Origin: Verrucomicrobiota bacterium
GTDB lineage: Bacteria; Verrucomicrobiota; Verrucomicrobiia; Opitutales; Cerasicoccaceae
Direction: 5' to 3'
DNA length: 64,000 nt
Assembly (NCBI GenBank): GCA_039818205.1
Contig: JBCBUK010000004.1
Coordinates: 136,302-200,301, forward strand
Part shown: piece by piece, positions 11,287 through 23,891 of the stretch
Numbering within the stretch: position 1 is the stretch's first letter
How the letters are laid out: the number at the start of each line of letters is the position of its first letter
Position numbers and translations under genes: made by a program
The notes under the pieces: generated by a model
What the model was told of the DNA's origin: nothing
Seen by the model: only the letters and a program-made list of their open reading frames with translations
The model's database searches: none

Positions 11287-11385
11287 ATCGGATATTGGTT
11301 AAACCGGTCATCATCAACCCCCTGCGGCCCGAGGCAAGCCCAGACTCAGCGCGGATCATCTGCGATGTGGCCTTGTCTGGGCATG

Positions 11386-11416
11386 AAAAAGCCCCGGACG
11401 AATTCGTCCGAGGCTT
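11386..11416 (-). terminator. intrinsic terminator after ppdK
   Basis: Minus strand AAGCCTCGGACG-AATT-CGTCCGGGGCTTTTT hairpin with U-tract. Confidence 0.85.
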
Positions 11417-11444
11417 GGAAAATGAGGGCTTTGCCGAGCAGAGC

Positions 11445-14192
<2,748 letters not shown>

Positions 14193-14397
14193 CCTATGTG
14201 TTTTCTGGGTTTGATTTAGTGCGAGTTTTTCGCGCGACATTACTTGTAACGAAGCGGAAAAGACGTGACACAAAAGGGGTTTTGTAAACCCTGTCAATGA
14301 TTTGCCGCCTACTATGCGCCTAAACTACGTTTGTGTAACGCTGGACAAGGGCTGAGTTCTCCAATTATCTAGTCTACTTTTCCCCGAATCAGTCCTG

Positions 14398-14838
14398 ATG
14401 AAAGTAATCCTACGCCAAGCAAAATCTTCCGACCTCGAGTGGCTCGCGCCATTTTACGAGGCGCTCATGCGCCCCATTGTTGAACTCACTCACGCGTGGG
14501 ACGACAACCTGTTTCGTGAGAAATTCGAGCCCGAGTTTACCTCGATTATTCAGCTCGGGAGGGAGAATATTGGCATGCTCAAAGTTCAGCCGCTCGATGA
14601 CCATCTATTCCTTGGGGACATCCAGATCGCCGCTGAGCATCAGCGAAAGGGAATCGGCTCGGCTCTGGTCGAGGACATTTTAATATCCGCGCGGCAGGCG
14701 GGCCTCCCCGTCCGCCTCAAGGTATTGCAGGGCAATTCCGCTGCCGGGTTTTACGAGCGTTTTGGATTTCGAGAAATTCGCGAGTTGGATAATTGTGTTG
14801 AGATGGAGTGGCAGGATGATTCTCATTCTCGTCGTTAA
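14398..14838 (+). CDS. GNAT family N-acetyltransferase
   Basis: QRKGIGS acetyl-CoA motif, NSAAGFYERFGF. Confidence 0.88.
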   Translation: MKVILRQAKSSDLEWLAPFYEALMRPIVELTHAWDDNLFREKFEPEFTSIIQLGRENIGMLKVQPLDDHLFLGDIQIAAEHQRKGIGSALVEDILISARQAGLPVRLKVLQGNSAAGFYERFGFREIRELDNCVEMEWQDDSHSRR

Positions 14839-14847
14839 CTTTTACGC

Positions 14848-15714
14848 ATGAGCACCGAAATCCTGCCGCCCGACGACAATCAACCAAACTCCCCCCACGA
14901 GGGAGTGATGGGTTTTTGGGACCACGTTGAAGAATTGCGCTGGGTCCTGATCAAAAGCTCGGTGATCTTCATGATCGCCTTCTGCCTCGTCCTGGGTTTC
15001 GCAGTTTGGTTCGCCGACGTATTGCAGTGGCCGCTCATGCGCGCGTTCGCCATGATCGGCGATCCGCAGCGCGACATCCTTTTGCGGACTGATGGGCCAT
15101 TAAACGTTTTCGGGTTTTTGTTACAGCTGGGATTTTTTGGAGCGATCGGTGTATCCCTGCCGTTCATCCTCTACTTCATCGTCAGTTTTATTTCTCCAGG
15201 GCTGACCGATCAGGAAAAAAGTGTGCTGCGGCCGGTCTGTCTTTCGATTTTGATGCTTTTCCTGATCGGCGCATTCGTGGCCTTTTTTCTCCTCCTGCCG
15301 TTCTACCTGTTTGTGTCGTTGAAGTTCGAGCAGATGTTCAATTTCGCGTCTCTGTGGACGCCGGTGAAGTACTATGGCCTGGTGGTCTGGACGACCTTGG
15401 GGCTGGGGGTCGTTTTTCAATCCCCGCTCATTATCATTATTTTGATGTATCTGGACATTGTGACGGCTGAGCAGCTGCGCAGCGGCCGTCGCTACGCGAT
15501 CGTGATAATACTCGTCCTCTCGGCATTTCTTACGCCGGGCGGTGACCCGATTACGCTGAGCGTTACTGCTATCCCACTTTACGCTCTATACGAGGGCGCA
15601 TTGATTGTGGGGGCGCGAGTTCGGGCTCGTAAAAAGGAAGAGTTCGACTTCGACAATTACGATGACGGATACGACCACGACTACCACGACGACTATCCGG
15701 ACGACCACGATTAA
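14848..15714 (+). CDS. tatC: twin-arginine translocase subunit TatC
   Basis: MGFWDHVEELR, FISPGLTDQEK, RRYAIV, FLTPGGDP, LYEG. Confidence 0.93.
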   Translation: MSTEILPPDDNQPNSPHEGVMGFWDHVEELRWVLIKSSVIFMIAFCLVLGFAVWFADVLQWPLMRAFAMIGDPQRDILLRTDGPLNVFGFLLQLGFFGAIGVSLPFILYFIVSFISPGLTDQEKSVLRPVCLSILMLFLIGAFVAFFLLLPFYLFVSLKFEQMFNFASLWTPVKYYGLVVWTTLGLGVVFQSPLIIIILMYLDIVTAEQLRSGRRYAIVIILVLSAFLTPGGDPITLSVTAIPLYALYEGALIVGARVRARKKEEFDFDNYDDGYDHDYHDDYPDDHD

Positions 15715-15789
15715 TTTGCGACGAGTCCCAAAGGTTTCGCTCAATTGACCAATCCGTAGTTTCACCCCAACGACCGACTGCCTGACTTT

Positions 15790-17220
15790 ATGCACTACTA
15801 CTTTATGGGAATCTGCGGGACGGCGATGGGCAATGTTGCCCTGATGCTGCGGGAATGTGGCCATCAGGTTTCCGGCGCGGACACAGGCATCTATCCGCCG
15901 ATGAGCGATCTCCTTCGCAATGCCGGGGTTGAAATCCTCGATGGATGGGATCCTCAGCGTCTCGCGGCTCTTAAACCTGATCGAGTGGTGGTTGGAAATG
16001 CTATTAGTCGCGGAAATTCTGAGATTGAGTGGTTGCTCGAATCGCGCGCCTTGCCGATGGTTTCACTGCCTGGATTGCTTTCTGAAGCGCTTCTATCGGA
16101 TCGCAAATCGATCGTCATTACGGGGACCCATGGTAAGACCACAACGTCGGCGTTGACCGCATTTTTGCTACGTGAGCACCGTGCTGATCCAGGTTGGCTG
16201 ATCGGCGGCGTGCCCCGCGATTTGCCGGGCGGTGCGCATGCCAGCGCGCCAGGGCGTCCGTTCGTGATTGAGGGCGACGAGTATGATTCCGCCTTCTTTG
16301 ACAAGCGCAGTAAGTTCGTCCACTACCAGCCACGCATCCTGGTTCTAAACAATTTGGAATTTGATCACGGCGATATTTTCCGGGACCTGGCGGACATCCA
16401 GCGGAGTTTTAGTCACGTCATCCGGCTCGTTCCGCGGAACGGTTTCATTCTCTACAATGGCGACGACGAAAACTTGAAGTCGCTCGTGCCGGTCGATTGG
16501 TGCCCGTGCTATTCGGTTGGCGTGGGGAAGGAAAATGATCTGCGGATTGAGCTTTTCAAAGAATCGAACGAGGGCGCTCGTTTCCGCTTACGGTGGCGCG
16601 GAACCATTTGGGCCGAGGTCAACTATCCGCTGTCGGGTCTATATAACGCCCGCAATACCGCAATGGCCTTGTTGGCGACCGGGTTGGCGATCAAACCAGA
16701 AGATCCCTTTTGCGCCGTGGAGGTTGGAACCTTAGCCGGCTATCAAGGCGTTAAGCGGCGACAAGAATCGTTGTATCATGATCAGCAACTTACGGTCTTG
16801 GAGGACTTCGCGCATCACCCAACGGCAGTTTCCCAAGTGCTTGAGTCGCTTCGATCGCGCTTTCCCAAACACCGCTTGATTGCCTGTTTCGAGCCGCGTA
16901 GCAATACGGCGGCGACGAATACATTTCAGAATCGATTCACGGACGCGCTGGCGCATGCGGACATGGTTTTTCTGGGGCCGGTGTTTCGCGGTGAACGCTA
17001 CGCAGACCATGTCCGCTTGGACACTGCCGGGATGGCTGAGGAGCTTAAACAGCGCGGAGTCAGGGGGCAGGCCTTCTCGGATTTTGATGGTTTGCTTAGC
17101 GAGCTGCATCGCGCAACGAAGCCCCAGTCGGAGCCTGCGCGCTGCGTGGTCTTTTTTACCAACGGCGGGTTCGGTGGTATCCAGCATCAGTTCGTCGATG
17201 GGAAAAAGGCTGCGACGTGA
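15790..17220 (+). CDS. mpl: UDP-MurNAc:L-Ala-gamma-D-Glu-mDAP ligase (murein peptide ligase)
   Basis: GICGTAMG, YPPMS, GTHGKTTTS, EGDEYDSAFFDKRSKF, NNLEFDH, DFAHHPTA, FEPRSNT. Confidence 0.92.
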   Translation: MHYYFMGICGTAMGNVALMLRECGHQVSGADTGIYPPMSDLLRNAGVEILDGWDPQRLAALKPDRVVVGNAISRGNSEIEWLLESRALPMVSLPGLLSEALLSDRKSIVITGTHGKTTTSALTAFLLREHRADPGWLIGGVPRDLPGGAHASAPGRPFVIEGDEYDSAFFDKRSKFVHYQPRILVLNNLEFDHGDIFRDLADIQRSFSHVIRLVPRNGFILYNGDDENLKSLVPVDWCPCYSVGVGKENDLRIELFKESNEGARFRLRWRGTIWAEVNYPLSGLYNARNTAMALLATGLAIKPEDPFCAVEVGTLAGYQGVKRRQESLYHDQQLTVLEDFAHHPTAVSQVLESLRSRFPKHRLIACFEPRSNTAATNTFQNRFTDALAHADMVFLGPVFRGERYADHVRLDTAGMAEELKQRGVRGQAFSDFDGLLSELHRATKPQSEPARCVVFFTNGGFGGIQHQFVDGKKAAT

Positions 17221-17265
17221 CGCGATTGTAAAGCTTGCGGCCTTGAATCTGCCGCATTCTTTGAG

Positions 17266-18717
17266 ATGATCGAATCGCTTCAATTGCTGCTTATGAAGTT
17301 CTCCTCGTCTATTTTGTTCGGCCTTATCTTTTGCCTGGCGACTGCGTGCCTGCATGGTCAGACGGAAACGGCACATCCGCCGTCTGATTTCGATGGCGTC
17401 GTTCCGCTTTCGGAGCTCGTTCGCCGCGGGATCATCACTGATGAGCAATCGGAATACATTCGGTCTGGGGCAGTCGGTATCGAGCCACGAGTCAAGGTGA
17501 CGAAAACCATGGAGCAGTTGACGATCTCTGGATACATGCAGTTCCAGTACTCTTACGTTGATCCGAATGACGAGGCCCTACCGAATCCACCTGCGACCAA
17601 CGCATTCTTTTCACAAAACTTGGTGCTCGGGATCGATGCGTCACTTGGACAAGGCTGGCACGGGGTCGTGAATGCCAATTTCGCCGAGGGCTTTTCGAAT
17701 AGAAACTACCTCGATTCGGCAACCATTACATCAAGCTGGAAAGAGTGGGGCAAGCTCGCCATCGGCTACCAGAAGGCCCATTTTGGCCTCGAGGAATATA
17801 CCTCCTCGCGAATCATTCCAGCGGTAGAACGCTCAATTGCCACGCGCTATTTTACCAGCGGTTTCAATCGAATTGGAGGCGGATTGTTCGGAAATAGTCT
17901 AGGCGGGCTGGGGACGACTCGCCTTGGTTTAGGGGCACGTCGATTGGGTGTCTTCTGGGCGGGCAAGATCCCCGGCGCGGATCAACTGCGGTACTTTGTC
18001 GAGCTGACCAATGGCTTTCAGGATTTCAATCCTCCGGTCAACACCGGTTCGCAGAACCAGTTGGGCTACTCGGGGGGAGTGCTTTATGATTACGACGGAA
18101 AGCTGGGCCCGATATTTGAAGGTGATTGGATTGATTTTACCGTTGGCTTGAACGCAACCTACCAACCTGCGGGCAATTCACTTAGCGCGGGTGGATTACA
18201 ACAAACGAACAGCATTACCGGATTAAATCCTTATGCCCAGTTCGAATTTCTGGACTTTCATTTCATTGGCGAGCTCATGACCGCCTGGGTCGAGCGCGGG
18301 CGGGCAACCGGAACGAGTGGCCCGTTTTCAGTAACGGGTTTCAACACTGCCGATGCGAACCCCATAGGAGTGAACTTCTTTGCGGTTTATACGTTTGATA
18401 AGTTGATTGAACCGGTATTTCGCTTCTCCATGATCGACTCCGATAAGGCAGGTATCAATCCAAACGTAGTGGCACGCGGGCCGGCTTTTGGCGGTCCCTT
18501 GCCGGCATCATACTTGAGCCCAATTGGCGTGGGATTTTTTGACCGCGCACAGTCTTACTATTTCGGTTTCAATTGGTACGTTCTTGGAAATACCGCAAAA
18601 GTAAGTGCTGGCTATGAACGCATTGAATTTCAGGGACGCTGGGACAACCTGGGCGGTTTCAACGGACCCGACGCGAGTGAAGATGCTTTTCGAGTCCGTG
18701 CTCAGGTCGTCTTTTGA
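17266..18717 (+). CDS. outer-membrane porin (OprO/OprP-like beta-barrel)
   Basis: Signal peptide (alternative start 17293), ISGYMQFQY, GYQKAHFGLEEYTSS..IPAVERS, GFNWY, C-terminal RVRAQVVF. Confidence 0.8.
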   Translation: MIESLQLLLMKFSSSILFGLIFCLATACLHGQTETAHPPSDFDGVVPLSELVRRGIITDEQSEYIRSGAVGIEPRVKVTKTMEQLTISGYMQFQYSYVDPNDEALPNPPATNAFFSQNLVLGIDASLGQGWHGVVNANFAEGFSNRNYLDSATITSSWKEWGKLAIGYQKAHFGLEEYTSSRIIPAVERSIATRYFTSGFNRIGGGLFGNSLGGLGTTRLGLGARRLGVFWAGKIPGADQLRYFVELTNGFQDFNPPVNTGSQNQLGYSGGVLYDYDGKLGPIFEGDWIDFTVGLNATYQPAGNSLSAGGLQQTNSITGLNPYAQFEFLDFHFIGELMTAWVERGRATGTSGPFSVTGFNTADANPIGVNFFAVYTFDKLIEPVFRFSMIDSDKAGINPNVVARGPAFGGPLPASYLSPIGVGFFDRAQSYYFGFNWYVLGNTAKVSAGYERIEFQGRWDNLGGFNGPDASEDAFRVRAQVVF

Positions 18718-18726
18718 TCGAGTCGG

Positions 18727-19419
18727 TTAGCCTGCAGATGCGGGCGACTCGCGACGGGTTTTCCCGAAATCGATTAGGAGCAAAGCCGTGGATCCGACCA
18801 GTAGAATGTAGCCGAGCCAAAGTGGAAATGGCTGCGGCAGAATGGGCGTCAGCGACCAGATTACGTCGTAGAAAATGTGCAAAATTGCCACCAACCAAAT
18901 GCTTTGAGTTTGGTAGTAGATAATTCCCAGAATGCTGCCCGCGACAAAAAATTGAAAAACGTTCCAGGTCGTAAACGGTAGGCTGCCGTAATGGTAGAAA
19001 ACGAATATGATATTCGAGATCAAGAGGGCCCAGAGCAGTCCCAAACGATCTTGTAAGACCTGCTGGAGAACGCCCCGGTAAACAAACTCTTCGCGAATGC
19101 CTATTGCTATACTGGTTGCCGCGTAGACCCAGTTCAGCGGAGAACTTAGATTCCAGTTCCCAATCATGATAGGCACACTTAAGAAGACGACGATTCCGAT
19201 TGTAAGCAGGGTCTTGTTACCCGCTTTCTTCGGCGATCGGCTTTTGCGGAAGAGCAACTCGCGAAACGTAATCCCGACGATGATCAAGGAGGCGATACGG
19301 ATGCCCGTCCAAATGAGTTCCTTGCTAACGGCATCGCCGGTGTAGTGGGATAAAAATAAGCGGCTCGAAACGAAATAAGCTAGCTCAAGGATGGCGAGAA
19401 GGATCAGGGGCTTGATCAT
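18727..19419 (-). CDS. CPBP (CAAX/Abi) family intramembrane glutamic endopeptidase
   Basis: REEFVYRG, FVFYH, HIFYD motifs, multiple TMs; start trimmed to MIKPL to avoid overlap with the VOC gene. Confidence 0.88.
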   Translation of the reverse strand: MIKPLILLAILELAYFVSSRLFLSHYTGDAVSKELIWTGIRIASLIIVGITFRELLFRKSRSPKKAGNKTLLTIGIVVFLSVPIMIGNWNLSSPLNWVYAATSIAIGIREEFVYRGVLQQVLQDRLGLLWALLISNIIFVFYHYGSLPFTTWNVFQFFVAGSILGIIYYQTQSIWLVAILHIFYDVIWSLTPILPQPFPLWLGYILLVGSTALLLIDFGKTRRESPASAG

Positions 19420-19529
19420 CTGAAGGAGAGACGAAGTTGTCCAATGAGTTACTCGCGGACCCATTGGGCTCGCTTGGAAGGGGCGGGTGGGTAGAAAAAA
19501 TGCGACCTGTGTGCCTGTCGCATCCAATT

Positions 19530-19916
19530 CTATTTCTGTTCGAGAATCTCGACTTCGTAGCCGTCGGGGTCGGTGATGAAAGCCATCTTCGAGCCACCAT
19601 CCGAAAACTTTTCCTTCCACGCTTCCGGCCAGATCTCGATGTCGTTATCCTCAAGCATTTGGCAATACTCGATGAGGTCGTCGACCCGGATACAGGTATG
19701 GACCAAGTCCTCAGGGAATTCTACTTTGAATTCCGGTGAGTAGGTAAGCTCCAACATGTGGTGGTTCCCCGGAATACGCAGGTGCGCCAGCATGTTGCCT
19801 GACGGTGATTTATCGGTGCGCTTGAGCACTTCAAATCCACAGGTTAAGCAGTACCAATCGATAGATTTATCCAAGTCGCTTACGCGAATGCGGGTGTGGT
19901 CAAATGAGATAGCCAT
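19530..19916 (-). CDS. VOC/glyoxalase I family protein
   Basis: HTRIRVSDLDKSIDWY, LELTY, AFITDPDGYEVEIL. Confidence 0.9.
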   Translation of the reverse strand: MAISFDHTRIRVSDLDKSIDWYCLTCGFEVLKRTDKSPSGNMLAHLRIPGNHHMLELTYSPEFKVEFPEDLVHTCIRVDDLIEYCQMLEDNDIEIWPEAWKEKFSDGGSKMAFITDPDGYEVEILEQK

Positions 19917-20133
19917 GATCAATAGGAAACCAAATTTCTCGGAAAAAATCAAGCACGTCGGCGACTCGCTAAAGAAGGCATTCGTCCCCTTCTTCAGTCA
20001 GGTGGAGTTAAGGAGCGTCGCCTAGGGGTGAGAAGAACTACGATGTTCTCTCGCTCTTAAATAATCGAGAATCGATCTGTTTGAGTGTGCTATGGGTCTT
20101 TTCAAGGGCTCGCAAAAACGCTCAGGGTTGGTT

Positions 20134-20706
20134 CTAGCTCCCAGGCTTGATCGCCGGGATGGCTTCCAACTCCGGCGGTAGCTTTTCCGGGTCATAAGTC
20201 GGGAAGGAAAAGTGGAGCAGCGCAGTGAGCGGGACCTCGAAGCTTGCCTTGCCTTCGGACCGATCTACCAGAACGGCGACGCCGGTGGTCGTTCCACCCT
20301 CGGCCTGGATGATATCCAGGGCTTCGCGGACTCGGCCGCCACGCGTAATCACGTCCTCGACGACGAGGATTTTTTCTCCGGGAGCGATTTTGAAGTTCCG
20401 TCGCAGCGCGAGCTTATCATCAACTTTCTCGACGAACAGGAACCGTTTGCCAGCTTGGCGGGCAACCTCTTGTCCGATAACCAATCCACCCATTGCGGGA
20501 GCCACAATTGTGTCAACTTTGGCGAGGTCGATCTTCTCCAAAAGAAGCTCGGCCAAACGGGTAACCATGTCCAGGCGTTCGCACACGCGTGCGCACTGAA
20601 AAAAGTGGCCAGAACGCAGGCCGGAGCGCAAAATGAAGTGGCCCTCAAGGAGGGCGCCTGAGTCGCGGAAAATCTGTAGAACTTCTTGGTCAGTCGAATC
20701 GCTCAT
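20134..20706 (-). CDS. pyrE: orotate phosphoribosyltransferase
   Basis: GALLEGHFILRSG, PRPP motif LVVEDVITRGG, LVDRS. Confidence 0.92.
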   Translation of the reverse strand: MSDSTDQEVLQIFRDSGALLEGHFILRSGLRSGHFFQCARVCERLDMVTRLAELLLEKIDLAKVDTIVAPAMGGLVIGQEVARQAGKRFLFVEKVDDKLALRRNFKIAPGEKILVVEDVITRGGRVREALDIIQAEGGTTTGVAVLVDRSEGKASFEVPLTALLHFSFPTYDPEKLPPELEAIPAIKPGS

Positions 20707-20811
20707 GGACGGCGACGCTGAGTTTAGGGGAGAAAGGGGTCAAGCTTAAGCCTCATTTTTGAGAAAGCGATTTTCCTTTCCGAGATTGGAATTTCACGTT
20801 ATGTTGCGCTC

Positions 20812-21687
20812 GTGAATGATAAAAATCCAATGCCGTTAAAGTCCTCGCGCAAGCGAGCGTTGTTGGGCCTATTGGATGATACCAACACCAACGTTCGGCA
20901 TGCGGTTCGCACGGAGCTCGAGCGTTTAGGTCCCGTCGGCGTGTCACTACTGCGTGAGGCTATTCACTCAGGTGATACATCGGTCAGTCAGGCGGCGAAA
21001 GACTTGCTCGATGGCATCGCTGGAGGCCGCCCGGAACGCGTCTTTCGTGACTTTATCCGCTCATTCAACTACGAGTTGGAAACGGGGGTTTTGCTCCTCG
21101 ATCGGGTTGCCAATCCCGAGGTTGGAATGGCTGACTACGAGAACTTTCTCGCCGAGGTTTCGGATCGTTGCCGCGAACTCTTTGTTTACCCGAGCACAGC
21201 TTGGGAGAAGTGCCAGATGATCAACCGGGTGATCTTTGGAGAATACGGATTTTCCGGGGATACCGATAATTTTTACGATCCTCGCAATAGCTTCCTGAGC
21301 GAGGTTATTGAGCGGCGTCGGGGCATTCCAATTAGCCTGTCCATTCTCTACCTGTTAGTGGCCGATCGATGTGGTCTCGAGCTTTCGCCGGTCGCCTTCC
21401 CTGGGCGCTTTATGGTCGGCTGCTTCCTGGACGCCGAGCCGTTCTACATCGATGTGTTTGAAGGTGGCGTCTTCCGCGGAATGGAGGATATCGAGGAGAT
21501 GCTCGAACCCTACGACATCGAGATTGACCCGGCACTGTTCGCCCCGTGCCCAGTGGGTGAGGTGCTCGCTCGCTGCTGCCGAAATCTGGTCAATCAATAC
21601 AGCCGTGCTGGTGACGATGAACGGGTCCGGCTTTTCACCGAATACGTTAACGAGTTCGAAGCGGCTTACCGCTTGAACGAAGAGTAG
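20812..21687 (+). CDS. SirB1/transglutaminase-like (Transglut_core2) protein
   Basis: FYDPRNSFLSEVIERRRGIPISLSILY, FPGRF, YIDVFEGG; alternative start ATG 20830. Confidence 0.85.
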   Translation: MNDKNPMPLKSSRKRALLGLLDDTNTNVRHAVRTELERLGPVGVSLLREAIHSGDTSVSQAAKDLLDGIAGGRPERVFRDFIRSFNYELETGVLLLDRVANPEVGMADYENFLAEVSDRCRELFVYPSTAWEKCQMINRVIFGEYGFSGDTDNFYDPRNSFLSEVIERRRGIPISLSILYLLVADRCGLELSPVAFPGRFMVGCFLDAEPFYIDVFEGGVFRGMEDIEEMLEPYDIEIDPALFAPCPVGEVLARCCRNLVNQYSRAGDDERVRLFTEYVNEFEAAYRLNEE

Positions 21688-21781
21688 CGAGCGGTGCCAG
21701 TGACCGCTTTCTGATGGTGGTTGGCCTGAAGTAGTCGAACTGCAGTCTTGTTTTCTGAAGAGATTTCCGAACGCTTTCGGT

Positions 21782-22711
21782 ATGACTGTTTCTGACCCCG
21801 ATCGCGTACGCTCCCTGGATGAATTGGCAGACTGGCAATTTGAGGGGACGGCGCTGGCTGTTCTGGGCAGTCCGATTGCCCACAGTGTGAGCCCGGCGAT
21901 GCACAATACCGCCTTGAACCTGATGGCGCAAACTCAGCAGATTTTTCGAGATTGGCGCTACTTCAAATTCGATGTTCCACCTGAGAATCTTCCCGAGGCT
22001 TTGGAGCGACTATATGCCGCCAACTTTGTTGGGATCAACTTGACGATTCCTCACAAGGTTCACGCGGTTGATTTGGTATGCGAAATTGATCCAGAGGCGC
22101 GGTTGTCCGGTGCGGTCAATACACTCCACCGGCGAGCCGACGGATGGGCGGGATTCAATACCGATGGCTTTGGGATGGAGCAAGGGGTCCGCCGTGAGTT
22201 GAAAGCCGAGTTGACCGGTGCCGATGTGCTTTTGCTGGGCGCGGGCGGTGCCGCGCGGGCGGCTGCGATTCAATGCCTCGCATCAGGATGCCGGTCGCTG
22301 TTTATTGGGAACCGAAACCAAGAGCGATTGGCGGGTCTAATGGCACAGCTTGAGCCCGCCGAAGGTTATAAGCGTGTGCGATCCTTTGACTTGGCAGAGC
22401 CGCCCGGTGACCTGCCGAGTGATGCTGTGGTGATCAACGCGACCTCGTTGGGCCTCAAAGAAGAAGATCCTGCGCCGATCGATGTCTCTTTGTTGCGCGG
22501 ATCGCCAAAAATTTACGATATGACCTATGGGGTTGTAAACGCATTGGCACAGGCCGCAAAAGATCATGGCTTGGCCTACGCTGACGGCCTCTCGATGCTA
22601 GTCTGGCAAGGTGCCCGTAGCCTCGAGATTTGGACCGGGGCGCTGGTCCCGGCGCAGGCGATGATGCAAGGTGCTTGCCACGCCAAAGGATACTCCCTTC
22701 GCCAGGCTTGA
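21782..22711 (+). CDS. aroE: shikimate dehydrogenase
   Basis: GSPIAHSVSPAMHN, NLTIPHK, GAVNT, NTDGFG, GAGGAARA, NATSLG. Confidence 0.95.
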   Translation: MTVSDPDRVRSLDELADWQFEGTALAVLGSPIAHSVSPAMHNTALNLMAQTQQIFRDWRYFKFDVPPENLPEALERLYAANFVGINLTIPHKVHAVDLVCEIDPEARLSGAVNTLHRRADGWAGFNTDGFGMEQGVRRELKAELTGADVLLLGAGGAARAAAIQCLASGCRSLFIGNRNQERLAGLMAQLEPAEGYKRVRSFDLAEPPGDLPSDAVVINATSLGLKEEDPAPIDVSLLRGSPKIYDMTYGVVNALAQAAKDHGLAYADGLSMLVWQGARSLEIWTGALVPAQAMMQGACHAKGYSLRQA

Positions 22712-22794
22712 GTGACATGGTTTTTACTGATGTTCCCGGCGAACAGGAATTTCAGCGTTGAGCAAATACGCTCCCCCAAGTATTCCAATCCACA

Positions 22795-23853
22795 ATGCTC
22801 AGTTACGAAGAAATCCTCCAGATCAACCAAGCGCACCCCTGGTTCTTTGCCTTTTGGGCATTTGTGTTTGGGGCTTGTTGGGGAAGTTTCATGAACGTGG
22901 TCATCTATCGTGTGCCAGCCGGCAAATCCGTTGTTAAACCGGGATCGCATTGCTACGCCTGCAATACGCCGATTAAGTGGTACGACAACCTGCCAATTCT
23001 CAGCTGGTTTATTCTTCGCGGAAAAGCGCGGTGTTGCGGCGCGCCATTTTCGGTTCGCTACGCATTGATCGAAGCGCTGACCGGCGGCTTATACATGTGG
23101 ACCTGGATCATCTATCATGAGCATTTCATGGTCGTGGCAATCCTTTGGTTGTTTATCGCATTGATGATCGGAGGGGCATTCGTTGATTTCGATACGCAGC
23201 TCTTACCGAATTTATTTACGGTTTGGGGGCTAGTGATCGGTTTCCTGCTTTCGTTCTTTTTTCCGGAGCTGCACGGGCAATCGGGAAGCGGCGATCCGAT
23301 GCTTTTGGAACAACTCCGCAGCGCGGCATTGAGTGCGACCGGTGCGGTGGTTGGTACCGGAGTCATTTTATGGATTGCGATGCTGGCGGAGGTGGCTCTA
23401 CGCAAGGAGGCGATGGGGTTTGGCGATGTGCTTTTCATGGGGTGCATCGGCGCATTCATCGGCTGGAAAGGAGCGATCTTTTCGATCTTTGGTGGCGCAC
23501 TCTTGGGCACGGCGGTCGTCATTCCACTGATGCTTGTTAACAGCATTTTGGGCACCAACCTAACGCCCGGAAAAACGAGTAACCCGGTCGATGAAAATTC
23601 TGATAATCCCGAGGAAGCTACGGCCAAAAAAGCAGTCGAAGCCGAGGTTGCTGACGAGTCTCAAGAGAATGCTGAATCGACCGATGCGAAAGAGGATGGC
23701 GACGGCGATGAAGAACTCGGAATTGGGGTCGCAATTCCGTTTGGGCCATGGCTCGCCTTAGGAGCGCTCGTCTATCTGCTGGTTGCTCGGGAATGGGTCG
23801 ACAACTACTTTGACAGCATGCAGAGCCTGATCTTCGCACCGGTGCAAATGTAA
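22795..23853 (+). CDS. pilD: prepilin peptidase / N-methyltransferase (A24)
   Basis: GSFMNVVIYRVP, SHCYAC, WYDNLPILSW, VDFDTQLLP, EAMGFGD, IPFGPWL. Confidence 0.93.
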   Translation: MLSYEEILQINQAHPWFFAFWAFVFGACWGSFMNVVIYRVPAGKSVVKPGSHCYACNTPIKWYDNLPILSWFILRGKARCCGAPFSVRYALIEALTGGLYMWTWIIYHEHFMVVAILWLFIALMIGGAFVDFDTQLLPNLFTVWGLVIGFLLSFFFPELHGQSGSGDPMLLEQLRSAALSATGAVVGTGVILWIAMLAEVALRKEAMGFGDVLFMGCIGAFIGWKGAIFSIFGGALLGTAVVIPLMLVNSILGTNLTPGKTSNPVDENSDNPEEATAKKAVEAEVADESQENAESTDAKEDGDGDEELGIGVAIPFGPWLALGALVYLLVAREWVDNYFDSMQSLIFAPVQM

Positions 23854-23891
23854 TACCGCTGGCACCAAAGGTGGCAAAATCTTTAGAGGTT

